From the NCBI GenBank assembly GCA_950072105.1, contig CATMOE010000006.1, positions 24,755 through 88,754 of the forward strand: a stretch of 64,000 nucleotides of DNA. Reading direction: 5' to 3'. This DNA is from an uncultured Dehalococcoidia bacterium. GTDB taxonomy: Bacteria; Chloroflexota; Dehalococcoidia; Lucifugimonadales; UBA3495. Shown here piece after piece: positions 27,556 to 37,438 of the stretch (within the stretch, counting starts at the first letter, position 1; every line of letters begins with the position of its first letter). A program made the position numbers and the translations under genes. Under the pieces are notes generated by a model that did not search any database, was not told the DNA's origin, and saw only the letters and a program-made list of their open reading frames with translations.

Positions 27556-27933
27556 ATGGCTACTGTGTTGGATCACACCATCGTCCCGGTCAAGGATAGA
27601 GAGAAGTCCGTGGAGTTTTACACGCGGATCTTTGGGTTCGACAACCTGGGGGAAGTGGGCCCCTTCTTGGCGGTGAAGGTCAACGACACTCTGAATTTTG
27701 ACTTTCGGGAATCGGACGACTTCCGCAGCATGCACTATGCGTTCGCCATGGACCACCAAGAGTTCGAAGACGCCTTCGCCAGGATCCAGGAATCTGGGAT
27801 CTCCTACGGCGACAGCCCTCGGGAGCAGGAAAACATGAAGGGGCCAGGGATGTCCGACGGCGCCAAGGGGATGGGCAAAGCGGTCTACTTCAAGGACCTT
27901 GACGGCCACCTTTTGGAGATCAAGACCTACTGA
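27556..27933 (+). CDS. VOC/glyoxalase family protein
   Basis: LDHTIV, HYAF, VYFKDLDGHLLE; GGAGG RBS. Confidence 0.88.
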   Translation: MATVLDHTIVPVKDREKSVEFYTRIFGFDNLGEVGPFLAVKVNDTLNFDFRESDDFRSMHYAFAMDHQEFEDAFARIQESGISYGDSPREQENMKGPGMSDGAKGMGKAVYFKDLDGHLLEIKTY

Positions 27934-28071
27934 GGCCTTGGGCCCGGCTACCGGCAAGGTTTTTCGGATATGGTCAGCCTGTCTAACGACGGGCCGGTGG
28001 CCGGGACGAACTGGCCTCGTCTAATTTTGTTCCCCGGCGCGAGATTGGCGGCCGATGATTGATGCCACCCT

Positions 28072-30390
28072 ATGACCACACCCCAGACAGTCAATAACAA
28101 GGGCGACCCCGCTGCTCCTTCTCATTGGTTTCACCGGCGTGAATCCCTCGTTGCCTACTTTCTGGTCCTATTCGCCGTCGCCTTCAACCTATATCACCTC
28201 TACCCTGAGGTAGCAGGCGACGTCTTGGCTTGGAACGATACCGTTTTCCACCGGCTGGCCATAGAAATGGTGGTAGAAGCCATCAAACAAGGACAGGACT
28301 TCACCGACCCGTGGCAGGGCTCCATGGGCATGGGCTTTCCCCTGTTCCATTACTACCAGCATTTCCCACATGTGACTATTGCGCTCGTCCATGTTCTTAC
28401 TCTTGGGTTATTCGCCATCGCCGATCTATTGAACTGGACGAACTATTTGCTCCTCAGCCATTTTCCCATATCCATCTACTGGTCATTACGGCGCTTCGAT
28501 TTCGATCAACTGTCGGCTGCCATGGGCGGCCTTGTCGCATCGCTTGTCGCCACCGCCGGCATTGGCGGCTTAAGTTTCGCTAGCTATGTTTTCCAAGGGT
28601 GGGGGGTTCATACCCAGCTTTGGGCAATGTTGCTCCTGCCCCCGGCATTAGCTTTAGGATACCGAGTTCTGAAAGAGGGGAGAGGATACTTCTGGGCAAC
28701 GCTATTCCTTGCCGTAACGTTGATCTCCCACCTGATATACGGGTATATGGCCTTCCTTACCCTTGGCATCCTCGCACTTATCCAACCTACCGGATCATCC
28801 AGCATTAAGTCTCTTTTGCAGACTATCCTGCGGCGATGGAGCCGGTTGATTATCCTGTTGCTGCTCGTCGTAGTAGTGACCTCGTATTTTCTGGTTCCCT
28901 TTTTCCTAGACCGGCCTTATCTGAACAACAGCGTTTTTCATCATCCGACGAGACACGACTCTTACGGCTATGCTGCGGTGCTTCGGGGTCTGGTCGTGGG
29001 AGATTTATTTGATTTCGGCAGGATACCTTCGTTGACCTATTTGGCGGCTGCTGGGTTCGGGATCTGTTTACTCCGGTGGAGGAATGAGCGATACCTGATC
29101 CCGGTAGCGATATTCACTCTGTGGCTGATGCTCTATTTCGGCAGAGCAACCTGGGGTAGCCTCATGGACGTGTTACCACTTAGCCGCGAGATTCACATGA
29201 ACCGGTTCGTCGGGGGGGTTCATCTGGGAGGCATATTCTTTATCGCGGTCGCGTTGGCTGCCCCACTACGCTGGGCTCTGTCTCGATCCCGCATCTGGTA
29301 TGTCGCGGCGGCTTTGGGGTTGACCTTGCTGGTGCTATCGCCGGTCTACATCGAAAGAAGGTCGTACCTGGCGCAGAATGCCTTATCGATAAATGAAGGC
29401 CGGCAGGCTCTGGCAGCCGATGACGATCTAACCGCGCTAATCGATAAACTAAAGCAACTTCCACCCGGCCGGACCTATGCCGGGCAACAACGCGGCTATG
29501 TTCTTGACAATTGGAGCGACGATTACCGGGTTGGCAATCTAAGGGTCGATAACCTGCTACAAGCAGCGGGCATTGACATGGTGGAGAAGATTTACCACAG
29601 CTATTCACTGAATAGTGACGTTCTGATCAATTTCGATGAGCAGCGTTATGACCATTACAATCTTTATAACGCCCGGTACGTGGTGGCCCCTGAAGGCCGA
29701 ATATTTCCGGAGATTGTGCAGCCGCTGCAGCAATTTGGGCGCCATCGCTTGTATCAAGTGGATACTACGGGCTACTTCGACCTGGTCGACTCAGACTTGG
29801 CCTTCGAAGGGACAGGGACGGAATTATATCTGGCGGCATCAGTCTGGCTAGGCAGCAGACTGCCAGGGGCCAAGCAGCATCCGTTAGTGTCGATCGGCAG
29901 TCGCGCCCAGGGAATAGAACGCGGGTTGCCACTTTCTTCAGCTAAGGAGGTCATCGCCAAATTGAATCCCCCTGACGGTCCATCTCGTGGCAGGATCATC
30001 TCCGAGGAAATAGGCAACAATTATTTCGCGGTTGACGTTAACGTGGAACGCGAAAGCATGTTGCTACTGAAAGCTACGTATCACCCAGACTGGCGGGCAA
30101 CTGTCGATGGTGTGAAGACGGACACGGTCATGCTGATGCCCAGTTTTGTGGGAGTTCGGTTGCCCCCGGGAGACCACAAGGTACGGATAGAATACCGGCC
30201 CCGGCGACTGCGCATGATTCTGTTAGGTTTGGGACTCCTCACGTTGCCAATGATTTGGCTGGGTGAGAAGCGGGGCGAAGCTCTGTCTTGGCGGTTGGTC
30301 TCTGGTGTTTCCGCCAGAATATCCGGCTTGGTGAAACGTCCGAATAGCATTGGCGGAAGACAGAATCGGAGGGGCCGGAGACGCCGTTAA
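28072..30390 (+). CDS. Multi-pass membrane protein, GT-C glycosyltransferase-like (PTPS-related/YfhO-type)
   Basis: D..FH, GFPLFHYYQ, about 13 TMs, C-terminal YHPDWRATVDG...LPPGDHKVRIEY domain. Confidence 0.75.
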   Translation: MTTPQTVNNKGDPAAPSHWFHRRESLVAYFLVLFAVAFNLYHLYPEVAGDVLAWNDTVFHRLAIEMVVEAIKQGQDFTDPWQGSMGMGFPLFHYYQHFPHVTIALVHVLTLGLFAIADLLNWTNYLLLSHFPISIYWSLRRFDFDQLSAAMGGLVASLVATAGIGGLSFASYVFQGWGVHTQLWAMLLLPPALALGYRVLKEGRGYFWATLFLAVTLISHLIYGYMAFLTLGILALIQPTGSSSIKSLLQTILRRWSRLIILLLLVVVVTSYFLVPFFLDRPYLNNSVFHHPTRHDSYGYAAVLRGLVVGDLFDFGRIPSLTYLAAAGFGICLLRWRNERYLIPVAIFTLWLMLYFGRATWGSLMDVLPLSREIHMNRFVGGVHLGGIFFIAVALAAPLRWALSRSRIWYVAAALGLTLLVLSPVYIERRSYLAQNALSINEGRQALAADDDLTALIDKLKQLPPGRTYAGQQRGYVLDNWSDDYRVGNLRVDNLLQAAGIDMVEKIYHSYSLNSDVLINFDEQRYDHYNLYNARYVVAPEGRIFPEIVQPLQQFGRHRLYQVDTTGYFDLVDSDLAFEGTGTELYLAASVWLGSRLPGAKQHPLVSIGSRAQGIERGLPLSSAKEVIAKLNPPDGPSRGRIISEEIGNNYFAVDVNVERESMLLLKATYHPDWRATVDGVKTDTVMLMPSFVGVRLPPGDHKVRIEYRPRRLRMILLGLGLLTLPMIWLGEKRGEALSWRLVSGVSARISGLVKRPNSIGGRQNRRGRRRR

Positions 30391-30421
30391 TCCTTCCTGA
30401 AGAGAGATTGACCCGGCGGGT

Positions 30422-30460
30422 CACCCCCATCCAAAACTTCCCGCGCAAATGGGGAAGGGA
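30422..30460. repeat. Palindromic repeat family A
   Basis: CACCCCCATCCAAAACTTCCC...GGGGAAGGGA. Confidence 0.6.
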
Positions 30461-30511
30461 TAAATCATGTCCTTGATCACCGGGGAGTATCAGCCTGAGG
30501 GTGAGGCTCGA

Positions 30512-30805
30512 TTAATCCGAAGGTACGTCGGCGTGGAGATGGCCGTCCCGCACCGTGACCTCGTAAGACCACATCCTGGCGTTGGGGCCGTTGATGCACT
30601 CACCATCTTCAGGTTCGAAGCGCCAGCCGTGATCTGGGCACATGAAGCAAGTCCCCCAATCGACGATCTCCCCTCCGTGGTGGGGGCAAACGTTGGACAA
30701 CAGCTTGTACCCTTGCTTAGTACGCACTAGGAAAAAGGAATAGTCGCCCCAATCGACCTGTGCGGGGAACTTTTCAAAACCCGTTTCAGGACCCAAGTCG
30801 ATCAT
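30512..30805 (-). CDS. Stand-alone Rieske [2Fe-2S] ferredoxin-like protein
   Basis: CPHHGG...CPDHGWRF...G.CINGP. Confidence 0.85.
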   Translation of the reverse strand: MIDLGPETGFEKFPAQVDWGDYSFFLVRTKQGYKLLSNVCPHHGGEIVDWGTCFMCPDHGWRFEPEDGECINGPNARMWSYEVTVRDGHLHADVPSD

Positions 30806-31017
30806 ATTTGCTCGCAGCGTGCAGATTGGTCAAAGCGTAGCCTCTAGACCGTTGGTAGTATAACCAAGCCGGGTTAGTACCTCAAGGCTGTTTGGCTCCC
30901 TGGAAAACCGATTCGGGAATCAGGTCTCCATATCATTCTAACCGGCCTCTTGACTGATCGGCCGATTTCCGGGAGTATGGGGCAATCACACTATGTTGTT
31001 TTTAGCGGGAGGCGAGC

Positions 31018-31212
31018 ATGCCCGACTTATCCAAAGACGAAGTGGTAGCTCTTGGTCACGCGGTGGGCTTGGAGATTCAAGACCCCGAGTTGACCGAAGT
31101 GATGTATAGCCTCAACGCCCTCCTGGAATCTCTGGATCAGATCAACCCGCCCGGTCTGGACAGCGTGGAGCCACTACCAATCATCCTGCCTCCGAATAAC
31201 CCCTCGGCCTAG
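31018..31212 (+). CDS. Small acidic protein resembling GatC/AtzG-like amidase partner subunits
   Basis: GGGAGG RBS; LSKDEV.ALGHAVGLEI...L...LD....LDSVEP pattern. Confidence 0.6.
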   Translation: MPDLSKDEVVALGHAVGLEIQDPELTEVMYSLNALLESLDQINPPGLDSVEPLPIILPPNNPSA

Positions 31213-31298
31213 CCAGAGCCCAGCATACCCAAACCGGTCCAGGCAACGTTCTTGGTCTATTCCTACCATGAACCAGTCTCGGAAGGAGGATACCCATA

Positions 31299-32375
31299 GT
31301 GACTCAAGGCAAGGTCAGTCCCGAGGAGCTGGAGCGATTCTACGCCTCCACCGACCAGGCAAGCCTGGCGCCCGGATGGCTGCGCCGCGGCGAAGAGCGG
31401 CCCGCGGTGGTTCCATTTCTCTGGAAATGGTCTGAAGTTGAACCGTTGGTCATGCGAAGCGGCGAGGTTGTCACTCCGGACCGGGACGTACAGCGCCGGG
31501 TCTTGCGCCTGGCCAATCCCGCGTTGGGCCATGGCACCACCCACACCATTTCAGCGGCGTTGCAACTCCTCCTTCCCGGTGAGTGCGCCCCGGCCCACCG
31601 CCACACCCCCACAGCTATCCGTTGGATCTTGCAGGGGGAAGGCGTTTACACCACGGTGCAGGGAGATAAGTGCTACATGGAACGTGGGGACCTTGTTCTC
31701 ACGCCGTCCTGGACCTGGCACGACCACAACAGCGAGGGCGACGCGCCCATGATTTGGCTGGACGGCCTCGATACCCCGTTGGTTCACAACCTGCACGCCA
31801 CCTTCTTTGAGAACTACCCAGAGGACGAACAACCGGTTACCGGAACCGGAGAGTCGATTCAGAAATACGCTTCCGGGGCTTTGCGGCCCGCCTGGGAAGA
31901 CACCAAATTGCCTTATTCTCAACTATGGCACTACAAATGGGACCGGACCTACGACGCCCTCTGGAATCTGGCCCAGGTAGATTCCAGCCCCTTCGACGAC
32001 GTGGCCATGGAGTATTCCGACCCCGCCACCGGTGGATCGGTATTAGCGACCATGGCCTGTTGGATCCAGCTGATCCGTCCTGGCATCCACACCAGGGCGC
32101 ACCGGCACACCACCAGCGCCGTCTACCAAGTATTTGAAGGTGAGGGATACAGCATCATCGACGGCCAGCGGTTCGATTGGAGCCCGGGAGACCTCTTCGT
32201 AGTGCCGTCCTGGTCGTGGCACGAATTCGGAAATGATTCCAGCCAAGAAGCGATCCTTTTCTCCATCCAGGACAACCCGGTCATCAAATCCTTGGCCCTT
32301 TTCCGGGAAGAAGCCTACGAGGAAAACGCTGGCCACCAGTCAGTTACGGGAAAATTCTCCGGCCTTCAGCGCTAA
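31299..32375 (+). CDS. Gentisate 1,2-dioxygenase-like bicupin, copy 2
   Basis: RRVL.LANP, AHRHTPTAIRW, TPSWTWHDH, WLDGLD, second HRHT. Confidence 0.9.
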   Translation: MTQGKVSPEELERFYASTDQASLAPGWLRRGEERPAVVPFLWKWSEVEPLVMRSGEVVTPDRDVQRRVLRLANPALGHGTTHTISAALQLLLPGECAPAHRHTPTAIRWILQGEGVYTTVQGDKCYMERGDLVLTPSWTWHDHNSEGDAPMIWLDGLDTPLVHNLHATFFENYPEDEQPVTGTGESIQKYASGALRPAWEDTKLPYSQLWHYKWDRTYDALWNLAQVDSSPFDDVAMEYSDPATGGSVLATMACWIQLIRPGIHTRAHRHTTSAVYQVFEGEGYSIIDGQRFDWSPGDLFVVPSWSWHEFGNDSSQEAILFSIQDNPVIKSLALFREEAYEENAGHQSVTGKFSGLQR

Positions 32376-32411
32376 GGAACCTCTACCATTCCGATCTAAG
32401 GAGTTAGGACC

Positions 32412-33404
32412 ATGCCAGACAACAACAGCCAAAACCGCAGAATCTATGTGGGATTGCAAGAAGGCGTTTGCGCCATATCCGGACAGGGAGAAACCTGGAT
32501 CTGTGGTGACGTCACCCCCCTGGCCCACGCCGCCGCCCGGCTTACCGCCAGCCCGGTAGTTGGAGGAAGGGCCTACCTGGCCGCTTACGAGGCCGGGGTC
32601 TACCGCACCGACGACGGCGGACAGACCTGGCGCCATCTGGACGCCTACCCCAGCGATTACGCCCACAGCGTGCAGGCCGACGCCAGCGACCAGGGGAAAG
32701 TGTACGTGGGCAGCGAACCGGCATCCATATATAGCTCCTCTGACGGCGGAGATACTTGGGAGGAGTGCACTGGATTCACGGCGGTGCCCGAGTCTAGCCA
32801 GTGGGGTTTCCACGCACCGACCCGGGACTCGCACGTTCGAGATTTGAGAGCGGCCCCCCACGATTCCAGCTACTTGTACGCCGCCATAGAGGAAGGGGGT
32901 ATGGTTCGATCCCAGGACGGCGGGGCAACCTGGAAGCAATTGCCAGGGATCCACGACGACGTACACTGCATCGGAATCAGCGGCGCCAGGCCTAAAAGCG
33001 TCTATGTTGCCACGTCCCGGGCGCCCTATCGCACCGACGACGAAGGCGACAATTGGGAAGTGATCAACAACGGCCTGGACGGGCGATACGCCTTGCACAT
33101 AGCCGCGGCACCCGACGACGCCGACGTGGTTCTGCTGACGGTGTCCGCCAACGCACGGCGGGAGAATCCCCAGTTCTATCGCTCCACCGACGGTGGCCGC
33201 AACTGGAAGTTGATCGAGTCGGTGGGCCAAGACGAAGATATGGTAGTCTCATTCGACTGGGACCTCCAATCGCCGGGCACGGTGTACGCCGGTACGGAAC
33301 CGGGCCAGATCTTTTGCAGCAGCAATCATGGAGAGACCTGGCGGCAACTCCCGGTAAGCCTGCCCAAACTGGCCGTCGGGGCCATGGCTGTGGCATCGGC
33401 CTGA
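32412..33404 (+). CDS. BNR/Asp-box beta-propeller protein (cytoplasmic)
   Basis: Repeated (S/T)xD(G)GxTW boxes; no signal peptide. Confidence 0.85.
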   Translation: MPDNNSQNRRIYVGLQEGVCAISGQGETWICGDVTPLAHAAARLTASPVVGGRAYLAAYEAGVYRTDDGGQTWRHLDAYPSDYAHSVQADASDQGKVYVGSEPASIYSSSDGGDTWEECTGFTAVPESSQWGFHAPTRDSHVRDLRAAPHDSSYLYAAIEEGGMVRSQDGGATWKQLPGIHDDVHCIGISGARPKSVYVATSRAPYRTDDEGDNWEVINNGLDGRYALHIAAAPDDADVVLLTVSANARRENPQFYRSTDGGRNWKLIESVGQDEDMVVSFDWDLQSPGTVYAGTEPGQIFCSSNHGETWRQLPVSLPKLAVGAMAVASA

Positions 33405-33433
33405 GTCCTAACTAATTTGTAAGACAAATGCAT

Positions 33434-33470
33434 AGGGGCGTCCCGAACAGATCGGGACGCCCCTTTCTTT
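33434..33470 (+). terminator. Intrinsic terminator
   Basis: AGGGGCGTCCCGA-ACAGA-TCGGGACGCCCCT-TTCTTT. Confidence 0.85.
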
Positions 33471-33501
33471 ATCTCTTATTTCCCGCCATGCTTTTCCGGG
33501 T

Positions 33502-34785
33502 CTACGACTTCGGATACATGTCAGGCATCAACGCGTCCCGCCACTCCACTCCGATCGGCACCACGCTTTCGATGGCCCGCACATTGTAATAACTGGTACC
33601 CACTCCGGGTGGGTCGCCCCCATCGGCGACAGTCCTTGACGCCTCCAGCAACATGCGGCGAGCCGCCACGATCGCCATGTCGCTGCGGGTCAGGTTTTCC
33701 CTGGTGCGGTCGACTATATGCCCCATGCTTTCCTGAACCGCCACATCCTGGGCATTGATGCCCTCGATGCCGGTAAAAGTCTCGGTCCTCTGGGCTTGTC
33801 GATCTATGAGCCAGTCGTTGCCGATATTTCCCTTGGTACGGAAATCCGGCAGAATGTCCTGAGGCCCCCTGCCGTAGCCCCGCTCGATCTCCTGCCATTC
33901 TTCTTCGGTTATCGGTTCTTCCCCAAAGCTGTAGATGAAGTTGTAAATCATACAATTTTCATCATCCATTGGTACCCACATATGCCCGGCAACGTGGGGC
34001 TTGGCCGGCTGGCCTTGGTACCCCGCCGCTTGCCGGGGACGAAATTGGTGGAATGGCATCACGTAGTGGTAGGCCCGAACATAGTTGCCTTTCTCCCCCA
34101 GAGCGCGGACGCCAACGTACCGGTATCCGTAGTCCGTGGTATCCACTTCCAGAGCAGGCGCGCTTCCGACCACGAAGTTGGAGTTCACCGCAATGCCAGC
34201 CCGGTCGGTATTTGCCGTTATTGCCCGATGCAGGATAGGCGCGTGAGCGGTGTCGACTCCTCCTTCCAGACCTTGCAGCCAATTGCATTCCTGACGATTT
34301 TTGGACACGTGCCGGTGCGTGGCTTGAACCTGGGTCCACTCAAAATTGGGCGGTGGCGGTATTCGGTCTTCAGGCCCCAGGTAGGCCCATACAACCCCGC
34401 CCGCCTCCACCGTGGGGTACGACTTCGTCCACATCTTATCCTTGAAGTCGCTGTCAGGGGGTTCGTTCATCATGTCCAAACAGTTCCCCGCAACGTCAAA
34501 CTTCCACCCATGGAACACACAGCGGAGACCGTGCTCTTCGTTTCGTCCCAAGAACAACGACGCCAGCCGGTGGGGGCAGAATTCATCCAACAGACCGATC
34601 CGTCCCCCGGTATCGCGGAAGGCCACCAGCTTTTCTCCCAGCAGCTTGACCCGAACCGGAGGGCAGTCTGCATTTGGTATTTCCTCAGACAGGAGAGCGG
34701 GCAGCCAATAACGGCGCATGACATCGCCCATGGGCGTGCCCTGGTCCGTTTGGGTCAAAATGTGGTTTTCATCCCTGCTGAGCAT
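33502..34785 (-). CDS. Rieske oxygenase, phthalate 4,5-dioxygenase/LigX (alpha-only) family
   Basis: TPMG..MRRYW.P, CPHR...CVFHGWKFD, CNWLQGLEG.VD.AH...LH, QD.AVQESMG. Confidence 0.9.
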   Translation of the reverse strand: MLSRDENHILTQTDQGTPMGDVMRRYWLPALLSEEIPNADCPPVRVKLLGEKLVAFRDTGGRIGLLDEFCPHRLASLFLGRNEEHGLRCVFHGWKFDVAGNCLDMMNEPPDSDFKDKMWTKSYPTVEAGGVVWAYLGPEDRIPPPPNFEWTQVQATHRHVSKNRQECNWLQGLEGGVDTAHAPILHRAITANTDRAGIAVNSNFVVGSAPALEVDTTDYGYRYVGVRALGEKGNYVRAYHYVMPFHQFRPRQAAGYQGQPAKPHVAGHMWVPMDDENCMIYNFIYSFGEEPITEEEWQEIERGYGRGPQDILPDFRTKGNIGNDWLIDRQAQRTETFTGIEGINAQDVAVQESMGHIVDRTRENLTRSDMAIVAARRMLLEASRTVADGGDPPGVGTSYYNVRAIESVVPIGVEWRDALMPDMYPKS

Positions 34786-34965
34786 AGCCCCTACCTCGCG
34801 TTAGGATGTTCGCCGGTCATGAAAAAACGCCCAAGACCCGGTACCAAGGCCCCCCGGCCATCTTAGTTCTACAGAGGGTTGTGGGGATCAAGAACATACA
34901 TTACTAAAGACCCTTGTCAGGCCCCTATATTACGCAAGCCGTTTCCGACCGGGTAGCTGATTGGT

Positions 34966-35496
34966 CTAGGAACTGAGCACCTTACCTTCCGCGTTGGCCT
35001 CTTCGACGAAACCGGGGATCTGGGTCCAGCGGACGTTAGAGGCATCATGGGCCAAACCGATGCACTCGCCCTGCGAGCTTTCAAGGCCCAGTGGGTGGGA
35101 CACCAACTCTATAAGGTTGCCGTCCGGGTCGTTGATGTAGGTGTAGTGCTCGCCGGTATCTTCGCGCGTACCTTGATATGGGTCCACGCCTCCGGTGCCG
35201 GTAAACGAGCCTCCGCCGGACCTGGAATAGGAGACTCCGAGGGAATCCAGATGTGCCAGAGTCTCGTCCCAGTCTTCCACTTCCACCGCGAAGTGTACTT
35301 GAGGCACCGGGATGAACGCCTGGGTAACAGACGTGTGAATCTCGGCGGTTCCTATACGAAGTTGAAGCTGGCGTTTGTTCAGCGCCGGCCCCCGGTCCAA
35401 GAACTCGGCTCCCAGGACCTTTTCGTACCAATCACGGGTCTGCTGGCGGTCTGTGATCTGGATGTTGATGTGGTGAATCATGCAGATTATTGACAT
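34966..35496 (-). CDS. VOC family protein
   Basis: IHHINI, HFAVEV, DPDGNLIE; GGAG RBS before MSII. Confidence 0.8.
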   Translation of the reverse strand: MSIICMIHHINIQITDRQQTRDWYEKVLGAEFLDRGPALNKRQLQLRIGTAEIHTSVTQAFIPVPQVHFAVEVEDWDETLAHLDSLGVSYSRSGGGSFTGTGGVDPYQGTREDTGEHYTYINDPDGNLIELVSHPLGLESSQGECIGLAHDASNVRWTQIPGFVEEANAEGKVLSS

Positions 35497-35794
35497 GGCG
35501 CCATCTCCTACTTTCGTTGAAATACGCGACACCGGTGCCATTATCTTCCAAACCTCCGGTCCAAGCAAATTCTAACCGGATCAACGTCCTCCTTTCTTTT
35601 CCCAGGCCGCGAATACGTACCGACGACTCATCAGCTTGCGGGTTGCCAGCACATCTGATCTTGTTACGTTGCTTGCCAGACTAACCTAGCCGGTGGTATA
35701 AATACTGGCGTCGGGTCAGAAGCAGCATTCGCAAGATTATCCATCCCATTTCGTCACACTATATCCTTAAATCTCCTGATCGAGAGGAGTTGTC

Positions 35795-37435
35795 ATGGGT
35801 TCTCCTATCTCTAGGACTATCTTGATAACCAAAGCACTTATCCTCTTGGGCTTGATGATGGCCTTGTCCAATTGGAACAACTCACCGTTCGTCTACGGGC
35901 AACAACCACCGGCCCACGTTTTCCAGGGCAAGGTCACGGTCAACGGTCGGCCTGCCCCAGACGGGACTGGTGTAATAGTAATCATCGATGGACGTCGAGC
36001 GGTCGACCGGGGAGCGCTAGTAAAGGCCGGGAACTTCCGCCTTTTGGTGCCACAACGGGCAGGAATGTCCTTCGCCGGCAAGACCGCGGAATTCCGAGCA
36101 AAGGTGCCCGGCGGACAATCGCTTAAGTCTGACCAGACCATCGTTTGGGAGCCCGGCGGGAAGACACGGATTGACTTGAATTTCGGGAGTGGTGGACAGC
36201 CTCGCAAGCCAGGTGTACAAATCCCGGGAGCTCCGGGGATGTGGAACCTGGAATGTATAGCTAGAGTCCTCGGGCGCATGCCTGCGGGGATAAAGGATAC
36301 CACTGACGAAGAACGGCTGCGTATGACTCGAGAATGCATGGTCAGCGGCCAGAACCAACCCGGCTCTCCCCGGCAACCCAACCCAGCGATCCAACAGACT
36401 TCGCAAGAACTTCAGAACGCTCGCCAAGAACTCGAGAATTGGAAACGCGAGAAAGGTCAACAAGTTCAGCAACAAGTAACAGATCTACGAGGGAAGCTGC
36501 GGGAATTTAAGCAAAGTCTAAATCAACCTGTGCAAGATAAAGGGCTGGAACTTAACAAGTTACAATACCAACGAACCCTAGATGAATATAAACAGGTTCA
36601 GCAAGACTGTAAGAGCAACGAGCGCGTCTGTAGGAGAATACCCGAACTAGAGATGCAGGTTCGACAAGCAGAGCAAAACATAGAAAGACGCGAAAGAACG
36701 GTGGTTGAAGACCGTGAACGACGCTTGAATAACCGTGAAAGGGAGACCGGATCGCGCATACAAAGCCTCGAGAGCAACTTCGCACGGGAACTCCGCCAAA
36801 AAGAAGAGGAATTGAGACAATTAGAGCGCCGATTGCAGGAGACAAATACTGAACAGCGCCGCCAATCACAAGAGCAACGGCAACGGCAGCAGGAGCAGCA
36901 GCGCAGACAGGCAGACACCCAACGGCAGAGAAAAATGGATGAGGAACGGATGCAGGGGGAACGGAAGCGTATGGAGAGCCAGGAACAGATGCAGAGGGAG
37001 GAGATGAAGCGGCAAACGAAAATGGATGAAGAACGGATGCAGGCGGAACGGAAGCGTATGGAGAGCCAGGAACAGATGCAGCGGGACGAAATGGAACGGC
37101 AAAAAAGATTGGATGAAGAACGGATGCAGGCGGAACGGAAGCGTATGGACAGACAAGAACAGATGCAGCGGGAAGAGATGGAACGACGGAGGGGGTTAGA
37201 TGAAGAACGGATGCGGATAGATCGGGACCGTCGTCCCAGGTCCCTGCCCGGCGAAGGTGCGCCCGGCACTCCGTTCGAAACCGAAGATAAGAGGAGCGGC
37301 CGGGGATTCTTCTCCAACAACGCCGTCGGAGGACTTGGCACGGCCAACTCCATGATGGACCCGACTATGCTCGCGGTAATCGGTATCGTGCTTACCCTCG
37401 GCGCCACGATGCTGCAGATGGTCAAGGGGGGTTAG
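35795..37435 (+). CDS. Exported coiled-coil/repeat protein with C-terminal membrane anchor
   Basis: GAGGAG RBS; signal peptide; PP.HVF.G.V..G..APDGT beta domain; Q/E/R-rich coil; C-terminal LAVIGIVLTLGATML. Confidence 0.8.
   Translation: MGSPISRTILITKALILLGLMMALSNWNNSPFVYGQQPPAHVFQGKVTVNGRPAPDGTGVIVIIDGRRAVDRGALVKAGNFRLLVPQRAGMSFAGKTAEFRAKVPGGQSLKSDQTIVWEPGGKTRIDLNFGSGGQPRKPGVQIPGAPGMWNLECIARVLGRMPAGIKDTTDEERLRMTRECMVSGQNQPGSPRQPNPAIQQTSQELQNARQELENWKREKGQQVQQQVTDLRGKLREFKQSLNQPVQDKGLELNKLQYQRTLDEYKQVQQDCKSNERVCRRIPELEMQVRQAEQNIERRERTVVEDRERRLNNRERETGSRIQSLESNFARELRQKEEELRQLERRLQETNTEQRRQSQEQRQRQQEQQRRQADTQRQRKMDEERMQGERKRMESQEQMQREEMKRQTKMDEERMQAERKRMESQEQMQRDEMERQKRLDEERMQAERKRMDRQEQMQREEMERRRGLDEERMRIDRDRRPRSLPGEGAPGTPFETEDKRSGRGFFSNNAVGGLGTANSMMDPTMLAVIGIVLTLGATMLQMVKGG
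36932..37215 (+). repeat. Coding tandem repeat, 87 bp (29 aa), about 3.3 copies
   Basis: KMDEERMQ(G/A)ERKRMESQEQMQREEMKRQT units starting at 36932, 37019, 37106 and 37193. Confidence 0.9.
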
Positions 37436-37438
37436 CTC

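Noticed and set aside
33718..34866. Long antisense ORFs (382 aa here; also 51348-52322, 53782-54852, 32340-33230, 36598-37425, 1127-1696)
   Set aside because: Shadows of well-supported genes on the opposite strand in GC-rich DNA; no motifs
35586..35634. Hammerhead-like CTGATGAG...GAAA on the minus strand
   Set aside because: Stem II does not abut GAAA and no stem I/III with a cleavage triplet was found
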